64,000 nucleotides of DNA from Patescibacteria group bacterium (lineage in GTDB: Bacteria; Patescibacteriota; Minisyncoccia; Moranbacterales; UBA2206). The notes below the pieces were generated by a model. The model made no database searches. It saw only the letters and a program-made list of their open reading frames with translations, and was not told the origin of the DNA. Both the position numbers and the translations under genes were made by a program. Below, piece after piece: positions 9,246 through 19,234 of the stretch. Where the stretch lies: the NCBI GenBank assembly GCA_030837625.1, contig JAUPKF010000002.1, positions 168 through 64,167 on the forward strand, in the 5' to 3' direction. Positions within the stretch are counted from its first letter, which is position 1. Each line of letters begins with the position of its first letter.

Positions 9246-10010
9246 TTATACACTACCATCCACCGACGAAAAATTCAAATAATTTTCCCGTTCTATCGAA
9301 CTCCACACCATCTCAAACATCGACCGATACGTTGCAACTACATCCCCGCTTTCGATCACCACCGCCATTGGCGTGTCTTTGTAGGAAATGATTCCGACTT
9401 TGTTTCCAAAGATCACGTTATCGGTTGGAAGCATCCTCTCATTAGGCGCGATTTTGAATTGATGATTCTCGGAAGCATTGGTTTTGGCAAACTCGATTGA
9501 TTTTTCGTCACCTTGTAAAATCTCCCTGATCAGAACTTTCTCTTTCTTCACCACGTTCAGATATTTATTCACTTGCCGCAACACCCCCGGAGTTATTCGC
9601 CCGATTGATCCATAAAACAAAATTTCTTTTTCCTTGAATATCTCATCCCATAGCTTGGCCACGTTTTCTTCGCCTTGATAATACACCACTTTGGGCTTTT
9701 CTTTCTGGGAATTATATATAGCCATCAATTCTGGCAAATTTTGTTGGATTATCTCTTGCTTTTCTTCGTGTTCCTCCAAAAGTCTCTGCGGTGACTGAGC
9801 GGTATAGATAGCTTTTACTTTTTTAGGAAGCAGTGTCACTAGCCCCTTCATCCGCAATTCTTCCAAAAGGAGATAGGTAGTCGGCCGTTTTGTCCCGGCC
9901 TTAATCGAAATAGCCGGCACCGACCCGCTTCCCATCTGCAAAAGAGCCACATAAACCTTGGCTTGTTTTTCGTTTAGTCCCAGATGTTTCAGGGCTTCAA
10001 ATAGTTCCAT
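9246..10010 (-). CDS. TrmB-family transcriptional regulator
   Basis: N-terminal winged HTH (LGLNEKQAKVYVALLQMGSGSVPAISIKAGTKRPTTYLLLEELRMKGLV), TrmB-type C-terminal domain. Confidence 0.75.
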   Translation of the reverse strand: MELFEALKHLGLNEKQAKVYVALLQMGSGSVPAISIKAGTKRPTTYLLLEELRMKGLVTLLPKKVKAIYTAQSPQRLLEEHEEKQEIIQQNLPELMAIYNSQKEKPKVVYYQGEENVAKLWDEIFKEKEILFYGSIGRITPGVLRQVNKYLNVVKKEKVLIREILQGDEKSIEFAKTNASENHQFKIAPNERMLPTDNVIFGNKVGIISYKDTPMAVVIESGDVVATYRSMFEMVWSSIERENYLNFSSVDGSV

Positions 10011-10215
10011 ATTTCCACTATACCAGCCTGTACTAAAAAGTCAATACTTATGACAACATATTGTAGTTTTAGCGTGTATGAAGCAAAATATGGCATTATT
10101 TCTAGTCCTTGTTATTGACATTTTCCACTTTTTACACTATACTGACTTGTTAGGATGAAATGCCACCGGGGCTCCAATCCTGACCAGTATCGCACCTTTA
10201 AAAAGGAGAAGGAAA

Positions 10216-10455
10216 ATGAATACACCGGAAGATAAGAAAATTCTTATTACCAAAGAAGAGATGAAACAAATCCTCGAAGAAGAGGGGGCGGGCTATAATT
10301 TCTACCACTATGATCACTGGTTCGGCGTCCGCGTTGCCGCTGCGCTCTACTACAATGGACAGGAGATCAAGATCTGGCAATATGAAATGGATGCAGAACG
10401 ATTTCGGAAATATGTCCGCGAGCTTGTCCGGGCAAAGAAGCTCTATAATTGCTAA
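10216..10455 (+). CDS. hypothetical small protein (79 aa)
   Basis: strong RBS (aaaaggagaagg) 6 nt upstream of the ATG; followed by terminator hairpin 10498-10546. Confidence 0.55.
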   Translation: MNTPEDKKILITKEEMKQILEEEGAGYNFYHYDHWFGVRVAAALYYNGQEIKIWQYEMDAERFRKYVRELVRAKKLYNC

Positions 10456-10497
10456 CGCACTTTTAAAGCAGCTGATAGTTCCTTAACCACAACGTTT

Positions 10498-10546
10498 CGC
10501 CCGGACGCGTTCACCGCGAGCGCATCCGGGCTTTTTTATTTTTCAA
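10498..10546 (+). terminator. rho-independent terminator
   Basis: gcccggacgcgttcaccgcgagcgcatccgggc hairpin followed by ttttttatttttc. Confidence 0.6.
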
Positions 10547-10589
10547 AAATTCGTTATAATCACAACAATAATTAGCTAAGAAAAAAATA

Positions 10590-11048
10590 TGCTGGAAAAG
10601 CGAACAACTATTCTCGACCTTTTCGCCGAAAATGAACTCAAGATCAGCGAGTTATATGCCATATACTCCCGGAGATTTCCCGCTCATAAGGATTTCTGGA
10701 AAAAAACTTTCCGGTGAAGAAATTGTTCACTCTCAAGAAATTAAAGCGATGAAACAAGACAACTTTGAGAAGAATTTTCAAGAGAATAACTTTACCCGCG
10801 GCATCATCAAGTATGTCAGCAATTATGTGGACGAACAGCTCGAAGCCGCCAACAGCAAAAAACTTACCGTCGAAGAAGCGCTAAACATCGCTCTCCGCGT
10901 CGAGCAGTCTATGCTGGAAAAAAAATGTTTCGAAATTTTCATCCCAAACCACTCCACTCTCAAAGACGTGCTGGATCGTCTGAATAAAGACACCGACCGC
11001 CACGCCAATATGCTTCGTAAAGAACTGGAAAAAATTGCTAAGAAGTAA
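10590..11048 (+). CDS. hypothetical protein, possibly frameshifted at an A7 run (10590-10715 frame 1; 10632-11048 frame 2)
   Basis: the ATG at 10590 opens a 42-codon ORF (MLEKRTTILDLFAENELKISELYAIYSRRFPAHKDFWKKTF) that ends just after ggaaaaaaac, where the listed 138-aa ORF continues in the +1 frame. Confidence 0.45.
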   Translation, partial: CWKSEQLFSTFSPKMNSRSASYMPYTPGDFPLIRISGKKLSGEEIVHSQEIKAMKQDNFEKNFQENNFTRGIIKYVSNYVDEQLEAANSKKLTVEEALNIALRVEQSMLEKKCFEIFIPNHSTLKDVLDRLNKDTDRHANMLRKELEKIAKK

Positions 11049-11057
11049 ATCAACTTG

Positions 11058-11129
11058 TGTCCCCGCCAAGAATCGAACTTGGATCCAGAGCTTAGGAGTC
11101 TCTTGTTCTATCCGTTGAACTACGGGGAC
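11058..11129 (-). tRNA. tRNA-Arg(CCT)
   Basis: acceptor gtccccg/cggggac, D-arm gttcaacggatagaac, anticodon loop ctCCTaa, T-loop ttcgatt. Confidence 0.75.
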
Positions 11130-11142
11130 AGTAAATTCTTCG

Positions 11143-11215
11143 TGGACCCGAGGAGACTCGAACTCCTTACCTCCGCAATGCGAATGCGGCGCTCTACCAG
11201 ATGAGCTACGGGCCC
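11143..11215 (-). tRNA. tRNA-Ala(CGC)
   Basis: acceptor gggcccg with G3:U70 identity pair, anticodon stem ccgca/tgcgg with loop ttCGCat. Confidence 0.85.
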
Positions 11216-11324
11216 AGAACTAACGTGGACGATACTGGACTCCCCGCCTGCCGCGAAATCCCACATAGTCTCCTGTCAGTAAATTAGTTTTCTATCCTAA
11301 ATAATCAATAAGAATCTTTTTGGA

Positions 11325-11396
11325 GCGGCATTTCGGGCAGGGAACCAGTGACAGCCCGAATGTGAATCGAGCGCTCTAATTTATCCCCCCACCAAT
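11325..11396 (-). pseudogene. degenerate tRNA-Val(CAC)-like 3' portion (outer copy) adjacent to the intact tRNA-Val(CAC)
   Basis: reverse complement ggggggataaattagagcgctcgattcacattcgggctgtcactggttccctgcccga has an anticodon arm ctcga/ttCACat/tcggg but a degraded T-arm and acceptor; it parallels the intact outer copy at 28078-28150. Confidence 0.45.
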
Positions 11397-11400
11397 TGGG

Positions 11401-11474
<74 letters not shown>

Positions 11475-11534
11475 AATTGGTGGGGGGACGAGCTGAGCTA
11501 ATCGTCCAATAAATAGTACTGACACTTTTGATTG

Positions 11535-11607
11535 TGGACCCAAGGAGACTCGAACTCCTGACCCCTTCCATGCCATGGAAGTGCTCTACCAGCTGAGCTA
11601 TGGGCCC
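11535..11607 (-). tRNA. tRNA-Ala(GGC)
   Basis: acceptor gggccca with G3:U70, anticodon stem cttcc/ggaag with loop atGGCat. Confidence 0.85.
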
Positions 11608-11720
11608 ATATCTATATTATATCGAACTATAATTAATCATAGAGAACTAAACATAGTTAGTCAATAAAAAAATTAAGGCCGGCCGAAATGTTACCGACCG
11701 ACCTCGAGGAAAACTTACGA

Positions 11721-12830
11721 TCAAACCAGTGTACAGGCCTGGTCATACTCTTTAAGCAAGGAAGAAATCAACTCTTTTACTGACACAATATTGTCCACCT
11801 TGTAGGCGTTGTTGCCGGCGAAGGCAAAACCGTGTTTCAGGTTTCCCTTCTTGGCGTTGATCAAGGCGAAGGCAATGCAATAAGGGCTTTGTTTATAGTC
11901 GCACGTCGAAATGCAGTGATGGGGGCACTTGAAAGGCTTCTTCTTCCCGCTTTTCACGGCATCGAGGAACTCATTGCGGATGGCCCTTCCTGGCAGTCCC
12001 ACCGGACTCTGGATAACCACTAGGTCATCCTCTTTGGCATCGATGTACGACTGCTTGAAACGCATATCCGCGTCGCACTCGTGGGTGGCAACGAAGCGGG
12101 TCGCCATTTGCACCCCCGCCACTCCGAGCTTCAGGAACCTGCAAACATCCGCTCCAGTGTATATCCCTCCCGCGGCGATGATCGGGATATCCGCCTTCCG
12201 CTCCCAAGCGAACGACTTCACCGCCTCCAGAACTTCAGGGACGAGCTTATCCAGGGCGAAGTCGGGATTGTCCAGTTGGTTGGGAGAAAAACCGAGATGC
12301 CCTCCCGCCATGGGTCCTTCCACCACGAAGGCATCCGGCAGACGCTCAAACCTCGACAGCCACTTTTTGCAAATCAGCTTGGCGGCTCTCCCGGAGGAGA
12401 CTATGGGAACCAACTTGGTATTGATTCCATCCTTGAGATATTTCGGCAAGTCGAGGGGCAGCCCGGCACCGGAGAAGATAACGTCGATCCCCTCCTCGAT
12501 GGACGCCTTGACCATATCGGCAAAGTTGGTGAGCGCAACCATCACGTTGACGCCCAGGATGCCATTGGTCTTTTTCCTGGCCTTGCGGATTTCCTCTTTG
12601 AGTGCCCGTATATTGGCGTTCCTGTAGTCCGAATAGAAGTCTGGCTCGTTCATTCCGATTATGGCGGTGGCGATGACGCCGATCGCTCCTTCATTGGCAA
12701 CGGCCGAGGCAAGTCCGGAAAGGGAAATGCCTACTCCCATTCCACCCTGAATAATTGGGAGTTTTGCGATCAAATCGCCGATTTTCAGTGCCGGCATTTT
12801 TATTTCCATTGAACTCCTCCTCTTTTTCAA
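11721..12830 (-). CDS. nitronate monooxygenase / FabK-like enoyl-ACP reductase II family (NMO, FMN-binding TIM barrel)
   Basis: IIQGGMGVGIS, GAIGVI, PIIAAGGI, GVAGVQMATRF motifs; locally higher GC than the flanks. Confidence 0.8.
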   Translation of the reverse strand: MKKRRSSMEIKMPALKIGDLIAKLPIIQGGMGVGISLSGLASAVANEGAIGVIATAIIGMNEPDFYSDYRNANIRALKEEIRKARKKTNGILGVNVMVALTNFADMVKASIEEGIDVIFSGAGLPLDLPKYLKDGINTKLVPIVSSGRAAKLICKKWLSRFERLPDAFVVEGPMAGGHLGFSPNQLDNPDFALDKLVPEVLEAVKSFAWERKADIPIIAAGGIYTGADVCRFLKLGVAGVQMATRFVATHECDADMRFKQSYIDAKEDDLVVIQSPVGLPGRAIRNEFLDAVKSGKKKPFKCPHHCISTCDYKQSPYCIAFALINAKKGNLKHGFAFAGNNAYKVDNIVSVKELISSLLKEYDQACTLV

Positions 12831-12992
12831 TTATATATATTGCCAGAAAAAAATAAGTCCACATCGGACTTAGTGTTTTTTTAAAAAGAACTACTCGCAG
12901 TTTAGCACAAAGTTATTGAAAAAAGTAATTTTGTCCTCCCGCCAACACTGCTTTTCTTACTTTCTTAAAATACGCTATAATATAGCCAGTTT

Positions 12993-15083
12993 ATGGATAA
13001 TATTAAAACACTTTTTAAGAAAACAAAAAATCAACCAATTGATATATGGCTTTTCTTTTTATTTTTGTTGAGTTTTTCCTTAAGCGTAAGGAAAGTAGTC
13101 GACTATTTTCCTGTCGAAAGAACTGATCAAAGAACTTTTAATGAGTATGCCGGCATATACGTTTATATGTCCGATATATTCTTGACACTAGCCATAGTTT
13201 GTTGGATAGTATCTATACTATATAATAACTATATAAAACAGTCAAGTGTCAAGCTGTGGATAACTCTTCTTGTCCACAGAATACTCCTATATTTTAAAAA
13301 TATTGTTCCACCTGCCCGCTATGCTTCGAAATTTCACGCCGATAGTATTATCAGCAAAACCGTAAAACCTGACAAAGAAGGTACTCTGTCCCAATTGCAT
13401 AGCGAAGCAGGCGGGCGTGGAACAATCAAAAATAACGAGGCAGACGTGGAACGATTTTCTTTACAGGCTAGCATATTGTTTATTATTCCTTTGCTTTTAG
13501 TCATTTGGTCATTCATTTCGACTTTTTGGGCAAAAAATGAAACCGTTGCTTTATTTCGATCAATTAAACTGCTTGAGTTTTACCTACTATATGTTTACGT
13601 CGCCTTGCGATTAATTCCATTGTTCCATGCGGAACATAAATCAGCAACAATACTTACGAAAAACCAATCACACTACACCCCTCACGAAAATAGCTTCGAC
13701 AAAGTATCTATGATTGTTCCACGTGGAACAATCATAGGTGTCAAAGTGTTTGATGTATTTATATGGTTAATAATATTTATAGGCGTATTTCAGTCAATTA
13801 TCGCCATTTGGCAGTTCATAATCCAACACTCTGTCGGATTATTTTGGCTAAAGGAAAGCCTAATTTCGCCGGATGTTCCAGGAGTAGCTAAAATAGTTCT
13901 CAATAGTCATAAAATAATCCGGGCATACGGACTGTTTCCACATCCAAATATACTGGGCGGATTCTTACTGTTCTCAATAATTCTAACATTACTATACAAA
14001 AAATGTTCCACGTGGAACAATGCTAATGGTATTTCAACTGTTCTACATCAGTCTGCCGATAAAGCAAGCCAAACGATTGAAATAACCACCTGGACATCTC
14101 AAACCATTCGCTTTTTAACGAAAAAGTTAAGTTTGAGAAAAGTATGGCTTATCCAAGCCTCCCTGTTTATTCAGGCTTTGGCCTTATTTCTGACATTTTC
14201 CAAATCAGCCATAATCGGGATTATAATTGCTTTGGTATATATTAATGTTCCACCTGCCCGCTATGCTTCGAAATTTCACGCCAATAGTAGTATTGATAAA
14301 ACCGTAGAGTCTAATACAGAAGGTACTATGTCCCAATTGCATAGCGAAGCAGGCGGGCGTGGAACATATGATAAAAAATGGATATACAAAATGTTCCACG
14401 TGGAACAATGGCATGTGTTTTCCTTGGGTAGTAGAAAAGTAAGCAATACAAACAAGGCCAATAAAAATTCTCGTAATGGTAATTCCGTTGTTCCACGTGG
14501 AACAATGGGCAACAACCCACTGAAAGCCCAAAGTCACTCACTTTTCGGCAGAAAAGTCATTTTAATTCTGGTAATCCTTATTCTAAGCCTTTATTTGGCA
14601 AAGCCCGATTTAAGCGCTCTTTTTACCAAAAGCCTCAAAGAAAGGCTCTTTTATCTGAACGTTGCTTATGAGACAATTTTAGATAATCCGATCATTGGAG
14701 TGGGAGCGGGACAGTTCGTGTTGAACATTCCGCAGTATGCCAACCAAACTGTGGAACAATGGCAATTCCAACCCGTCCATAACATATTCCTACTAATTTG
14801 GTCGGAATTAGGTTTGGTCGGAGTGGGCGTATTTTTATGGTTTTTATGGGCTATTTGGAGAAAATCTATATTAAGCAATGATAGTCTAAACTTGTCAACT
14901 GCATTAATTCTGCGCTATTTCAAAGCAATTTTCCTCGGCTTTCTCTTTATTATGCTTTTCGATCACTATTTATGGGACATCCAACAGGGAAGCCTGCTAT
15001 TATGGACAACCCTCGGACTAATTGCCAGCATAGATAAAAGTTCACAAAGCTACCTAAATACAGAGAACCGACGGGGTTTATAG
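12993..15083 (+). CDS. O-antigen ligase (Wzy_C/WaaL)-like polytopic membrane protein carrying six in-frame repeat-element insertions
   Basis: C-terminal Wzy_C-like region (NPIIGVGAGQFVLN...QPVHNIFLLIWSELGLVGVGVF); two about 120-bp MITE copies (13304-13434, 14246-14366) are translated as VPPARYASKFHA...SQLHSEAGGRGT; four 16-bp palindromes tgttccacgtggaaca are translated as MFHVEQ/CSTWNN/VPRGT. Confidence 0.7.
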   Translation: MDNIKTLFKKTKNQPIDIWLFFLFLLSFSLSVRKVVDYFPVERTDQRTFNEYAGIYVYMSDIFLTLAIVCWIVSILYNNYIKQSSVKLWITLLVHRILLYFKNIVPPARYASKFHADSIISKTVKPDKEGTLSQLHSEAGGRGTIKNNEADVERFSLQASILFIIPLLLVIWSFISTFWAKNETVALFRSIKLLEFYLLYVYVALRLIPLFHAEHKSATILTKNQSHYTPHENSFDKVSMIVPRGTIIGVKVFDVFIWLIIFIGVFQSIIAIWQFIIQHSVGLFWLKESLISPDVPGVAKIVLNSHKIIRAYGLFPHPNILGGFLLFSIILTLLYKKCSTWNNANGISTVLHQSADKASQTIEITTWTSQTIRFLTKKLSLRKVWLIQASLFIQALALFLTFSKSAIIGIIIALVYINVPPARYASKFHANSSIDKTVESNTEGTMSQLHSEAGGRGTYDKKWIYKMFHVEQWHVFSLGSRKVSNTNKANKNSRNGNSVVPRGTMGNNPLKAQSHSLFGRKVILILVILILSLYLAKPDLSALFTKSLKERLFYLNVAYETILDNPIIGVGAGQFVLNIPQYANQTVEQWQFQPVHNIFLLIWSELGLVGVGVFLWFLWAIWRKSILSNDSLNLSTALILRYFKAIFLGFLFIMLFDHYLWDIQQGSLLLWTTLGLIASIDKSSQSYLNTENRRGL
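13304..13434. mobile_element. MITE copy (gttccacctgcccgctatgcttcgaaat ... agcgaagcaggcgggcgtggaac) inserted in-frame in the ligase-like gene
   Basis: same TIR core (ctgcccg..atgcttcgaa / ttcgaagcaggcggg) as the intergenic copies at 18853, 24778 and 39521. Confidence 0.65.
13718..14512. repeat. four dispersed 16-bp perfect palindromes tgttccacgtggaaca (near 13720, 14010, 14392, 14493); putative joined-TIR footprints
   Basis: identical palindromes matching the gttccac...gtggaac ends of the two full MITE copies in the same ORF. Confidence 0.55.
14246..14366. mobile_element. second in-frame MITE copy, nearly identical to 13304-13434
   Basis: gttccacctgcccgctatgcttcgaaatttcacgcc...ttgcatagcgaagcaggcgggcgtggaaca. 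Confidence 0.65.
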
Positions 15084-15159
15084 AAAAATAGGCAGAATAA
15101 TAAAGTAGAGCCGAGGCAATGCCTCGGCTCTACGCGTTTATATAATGCGCGTCTGTGGA

Positions 15160-17628
15160 TTATAATACCGTACTCGCCGATACTTTATCGCCTGGCTGCG
15201 GCCGCATAACCCTCACGCCTTGGGTGGCTCGGCCGAGAGCGGAAACGCTGGAAAGGGGAATGCGAATGATCTGGCCTTGTTCGGAAGTAAGAATTAAATC
15301 GGCTTCCAGCGCGTCAAGGTTCACAACATTGGCACCGATAAGTTTGCCGGTTTTAGCCGTCACACTGGCGGTTTTAATTCCCGATCCGCCGCGCTTTTGA
15401 ATTTTATATGATTTCAGATCCGATCTTTTGCCATAACCGTTTTCAGTAATAATCATCAGCTGATTGCCTTTTTGCCCTTTGAACGTTACGTCCATCCCGA
15501 CAACTTTGTCATCTGATTTCAATTTCATGCCCCGCACGCCGGTAGCTGACCTGCCCATCGGACGAACATCCGATTCTTTGAAGCGAATGGCTTGGCCACC
15601 CCGGGTAGCGATAACTATTTCGTCCGATCCAGTGGTAGCGTCCACCCAGCGAAGCGCGTCGCCTTTTTCCAGCTTTATGGCCAAAAGTCCGCTGCGGCGA
15701 ACATTGTCGAATTCGTCCAGGGTTGTTTTTTTGACCGTGCCGTTTTCCGTCGCCATAAAAAGATACTTGTAATTATCATCCTTGTTAAACGCCACCACCG
15801 CTGTTACTGACTCTTCCTGCGAAAGAGACAGGAAATTGACAATCGACTGACCCTTGGCAATCCGGGTCGATTCGGGAATTTCGTACGCCTTGGTCTGAAA
15901 AACTTTTCCCGTATTGGTAAAGAAAAGCAAGTTATCGTGCGCCATAACGCCCAAGAGTTTGGTAATTTCGTCGCCCTCCTTGGTAGTCGCCCCAATCACG
16001 CCTTTTCCTCCACGTTTTTGAACTTTGTAAACAGTCGGATTCATCCGTTTGATATAGCCTTCTTTGGAAATAGTGATAATGGCTTCTTCGTTTGGCACAA
16101 GATCTTCCTGTTTAAATTCTCCCACCGCGCCTTTTATAATCCGGGTTTTTCTTTCGTCGCCGTATTTTTCTTTAACACGCGCCAATTCATCCTTCACGAT
16201 ACCCAGAATTTTTTTCTCGCTTTTCAAGATTGCTTCCAGTTCGGTGATAAGTTTCAGTTTTTCCGCCAGCTCGTCTTCAATCTTCTTTCTTTCCAACCCG
16301 GCCAGAGTTTGCAAACGCATTTCCAAAATAGCCGTAGCTTGTTTTTCTGAAAGCTTGAATTTCTTTATCAAATTCCTGTGCGCTTCCTCTTTGGTGGGGG
16401 ATTTCTTGATCGTTTCAATAACCGCGTCAATATTGTCCAACGCGATTTTCAAGCCTTCCAAAATATGGGCTCGGTCGCGGGCTTTTTCCAAATCAAATTT
16501 GGTCCTTCGAGCAATGACGATTTTCCGATGCGCCACATATTCTTCCAAAATATCTTTCAGATTTAGGACTTTCGGTTCAATTCCGCCGACAAGCGCCAGC
16601 ATATTGACGCCGAAATTCTTTTGGAGATCGGTATAAGAATAAAGCTTATTGAGAACTTTCTGGGGATAGGCGTCTTTTTTGAGATCAATTACCACTCGCA
16701 CCCCGTCTTTGCTGGATTCGTCGCGAATGTCTCTGATACCGACTATCTTTCCCTCGCGCACCAAATCAGCCATTTTTTCAATAAGCGTGGCTTTGTTGGT
16801 GGCATAAGTCATTTCGGTCACGATTATTTGGAACGCTCCGGCTTTGGTTTCGGTAATTTCGACTTTAGCCCGGGTAAGGATTTTTCCCCGTCCGGTGCGA
16901 TACGCTTCTAAAATGTCTTTTTTGTTGTAAATTATGCCGCCGGTCGGAAAATCAGGCCCTTTCACGAATTCCCCCAGATCGTCCACCGACGCTTCTGGGT
17001 TTTCGATCAGATGGCTTATGCCGTCGATAAGCTCCGTAAGGTTATGCGGAGGAATATTAGTCGCCATTCCCACGGCGATTCCCATCGAACCGTTGAGGAG
17101 AAGCTGAGGAAGGCCGGCCGGCAACACGGTCGGTTCCTTGTGCTGGCCGTCAAAATTGGGTACAAAGTCCACCGTATCTTTTTCAATATCAAAAAGCATT
17201 TCCTCGGCAATGGCGGAAAGCTTGGCTTCGGTGTATCGATAAGCCGCTGGAGAATCGCCGTCCATTGAGCCAAAGTTTCCCTGACCGCGAACAAGCGGGT
17301 AGCGCAAAGAAAAATCCTGAGCCATGCGTACCATCGAATCATACACTGCCACGTCGCCGTGCGGATGATATTTCCCCAACACTTCTCCCACTACTGTGGC
17401 CGATTTTCGAAATTTGGCGTTAGCGCGCAGTCCCGTGTTCCACATGGAATATAAAATCCTGCGATGGACCGGCTTCAAGCCGTCTCGCACGTCCGGCAAA
17501 GCTCGCGCCACAATCACGCTCATCGCGTAATCCAGATAGGATTGGGAAATTTCCTCAGTTATCTCGCGAGGAGTGACATTATTTGGTTGAATATTCTCTT
17601 GTGGTTTGGTGTTTTTATGCATAATCAA
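15160..17628 (-). CDS. gyrA: DNA gyrase subunit A
   Basis: 822 aa; the active-site Tyr region is the [10 protein letters not shown] motif in the N-terminal DNA-breakage domain; multiple C-terminal beta-pinwheel repeats. Confidence 0.95.
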   Translation of the reverse strand: MIMHKNTKPQENIQPNNVTPREITEEISQSYLDYAMSVIVARALPDVRDGLKPVHRRILYSMWNTGLRANAKFRKSATVVGEVLGKYHPHGDVAVYDSMVRMAQDFSLRYPLVRGQGNFGSMDGDSPAAYRYTEAKLSAIAEEMLFDIEKDTVDFVPNFDGQHKEPTVLPAGLPQLLLNGSMGIAVGMATNIPPHNLTELIDGISHLIENPEASVDDLGEFVKGPDFPTGGIIYNKKDILEAYRTGRGKILTRAKVEITETKAGAFQIIVTEMTYATNKATLIEKMADLVREGKIVGIRDIRDESSKDGVRVVIDLKKDAYPQKVLNKLYSYTDLQKNFGVNMLALVGGIEPKVLNLKDILEEYVAHRKIVIARRTKFDLEKARDRAHILEGLKIALDNIDAVIETIKKSPTKEEAHRNLIKKFKLSEKQATAILEMRLQTLAGLERKKIEDELAEKLKLITELEAILKSEKKILGIVKDELARVKEKYGDERKTRIIKGAVGEFKQEDLVPNEEAIITISKEGYIKRMNPTVYKVQKRGGKGVIGATTKEGDEITKLLGVMAHDNLLFFTNTGKVFQTKAYEIPESTRIAKGQSIVNFLSLSQEESVTAVVAFNKDDNYKYLFMATENGTVKKTTLDEFDNVRRSGLLAIKLEKGDALRWVDATTGSDEIVIATRGGQAIRFKESDVRPMGRSATGVRGMKLKSDDKVVGMDVTFKGQKGNQLMIITENGYGKRSDLKSYKIQKRGGSGIKTASVTAKTGKLIGANVVNLDALEADLILTSEQGQIIRIPLSSVSALGRATQGVRVMRPQPGDKVSASTVL

Positions 17629-17629
17629 A

Positions 17630-17765
17630 AAATTACAAATTCAAAATTACAAATCACAAATAAATTCAAAAATCAAAACTCCAAAAATCAAAACTGTTTT
17701 TCTGCGTTTTGAATTTTGAAAATTGTAATTTATTTGGAATTTGTAATTTTGGATTTTGAATTTAT
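17630..17765. repeat. about 135-bp imperfect palindrome of the GAATTT/GGATTTT family immediately upstream of the gyrA start
   Basis: aaaattacaaattcaaaattacaaatcacaaataaattcaaaaatcaaaac ... gttttgaattttgaaaattgtaatttatttggaatttgtaattttggattttgaatttat. Confidence 0.7.
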
Positions 17766-17771
17766 ATCCAA

Positions 17772-18092
17772 CTATTCAGGCATAAATCCTTCTCCTCCAA
17801 TATTATTCTGTACATCGTCTAGATTTTTTTGGTTCTTAATCCCCTCCAACGCTCCTTTCATTTGCCCGGTTGTGTCTTGCAGGGATTTCTTTTGGGTTCC
17901 GAAATCTTCAAAAAGCTTTTTCTGGTCTTCGCTGATAAGCGGCTCGCGGTTAGCGTCTCTTTGAGCGGCTAGCGACAAAAACCAAACAGCCACTACCAAG
18001 GCCGTGAAAAAGATGGCGTATCCGCAAGCATACCGCATCCGGACGTGTTCTGGTTTTCGGCGAATTTGTTCAATTTTATTCTGAATACTCAT
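17772..18092 (-). CDS. hypothetical single-pass membrane protein (106 aa)
   Basis: one predicted TM (FFTALVVAVWFLSLAA) followed by a charged tail. Confidence 0.5.
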   Translation of the reverse strand: MSIQNKIEQIRRKPEHVRMRYACGYAIFFTALVVAVWFLSLAAQRDANREPLISEDQKKLFEDFGTQKKSLQDTTGQMKGALEGIKNQKNLDDVQNNIGGEGFMPE

Positions 18093-18096
18093 TCAT

Positions 18097-18195
18097 TTAC
18101 GAACTACGAAATAAGCGAATTACGAAATGCTCACAGCGACCCAGCAATCATAAGTCTTTTTTTCGTAGTTAGCTTATTTCGTAGTTCGTAAATTA
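18097..18195. repeat. MITE-like 'tacgaa' element (TIR tttacgaactacgaaataagcgaattacgaaatgc / ttttcgtagttagcttatttcgtagttcgtaaat)
   Basis: near-perfect terminal inverted repeats around a 30-bp core. Confidence 0.65.
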
Positions 18196-18852
18196 TTCAA
18201 CGGACATCAGTATTGTTTCCATGCTCTTTTCTTCTATATCTTTCTTTTTCAAACTTATTCTATTCACCTTTTGAGAAGGGCAGTTGCCCATTTCCGAGCA
18301 GAACTTCTTTTCATCGGACACGTCCACCGTGGAACCGTTGATTTTGTAGTGCATCGGGATAACCACATTCGGCTCGATTTTCCGGACAAGATCGCAAGCC
18401 TTTTCGCCGTCGATAGTGTATTTCCCGCCGATCGGCACCATCAATATATCCACTCCGTTTATCGCTTCCAACTGCTTTTCACTGAGATCATGCCCCAAAT
18501 CTCCCAGATGGCAAAGGCGCATTTCCTCCGATTCCAAAACAAAAATGGTGTTTTGTCCGCGCTCTGCGCCCTCTTTGGCATCGTGAAACGAGCTTATCCC
18601 CATGATATTCACTCCTCTCACGGAATATTCGCCGGGAATGTCCACCACATTCGGCTCGCCCTTCAGCGCCTCTACATTATTATGGTCGGGATGGTCATGC
18701 GTAACTAAAACCAAGTTAGCATTGCCTTGCGGCGGTCTGAGTCCCACGGATTTGTCAAACGGATCGATAAAAATCACCACATCCTCTTGCCCGCGGCCGG
18801 CGGGTTTGGTGGTTATCTTGAAGCAGGAATGGCCGTAATATTGGATTTGCAT
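18193..18852 (-). CDS. MBL-fold metal-dependent hydrolase (UPF0173 family)
   Basis: YYGHSCF...LVTHDHPDH motif. Confidence 0.8.
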   Translation of the reverse strand: MQIQYYGHSCFKITTKPAGRGQEDVVIFIDPFDKSVGLRPPQGNANLVLVTHDHPDHNNVEALKGEPNVVDIPGEYSVRGVNIMGISSFHDAKEGAERGQNTIFVLESEEMRLCHLGDLGHDLSEKQLEAINGVDILMVPIGGKYTIDGEKACDLVRKIEPNVVIPMHYKINGSTVDVSDEKKFCSEMGNCPSQKVNRISLKKKDIEEKSMETILMSVE

Positions 18853-18995
18853 AGTTTACGAACTACCTGCCCGAAATGCTTCGATACTAAATCAGATTAA
18901 TAATTTCTGACGGTTTAGTTTAAGTTGTCCAAGAAGTACTTAATAACAACTTGGCATTTCGAAGCAGGCGGGCGAAATTAACGAAATACGAAATT
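18853..18995. mobile_element. MITE, about 140 bp (tttacgaactacctgcccgaaatgcttcga ... ggcatttcgaagcaggcgggcgaaattaacgaaatacgaaa)
   Basis: 26-bp terminal inverted repeats; paralogs at 24778-24928 (inverted) and 39521-39665. Confidence 0.75.
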
Positions 18996-19234
18996 TTACT
19001 TATTCATTCTAACACGATAAAATCAGTTCATCAAGGTTGACGACAGGCTACTTTTACTGTACCTTAAGCATACAAAAAATAAGGAGGCTCGAGGATAAAC
19101 TTTTCTTCGGGATTTTTAATAATTGAGTTCATTGACAAACTACTACGTAATCCGAAGAAGTTTTCGGTTTTGAGATATGGGGGAAATAAAAGTTACTATC
19201 TTCAGAAATATGAACTCGAAGAGGAGAAAAGATC

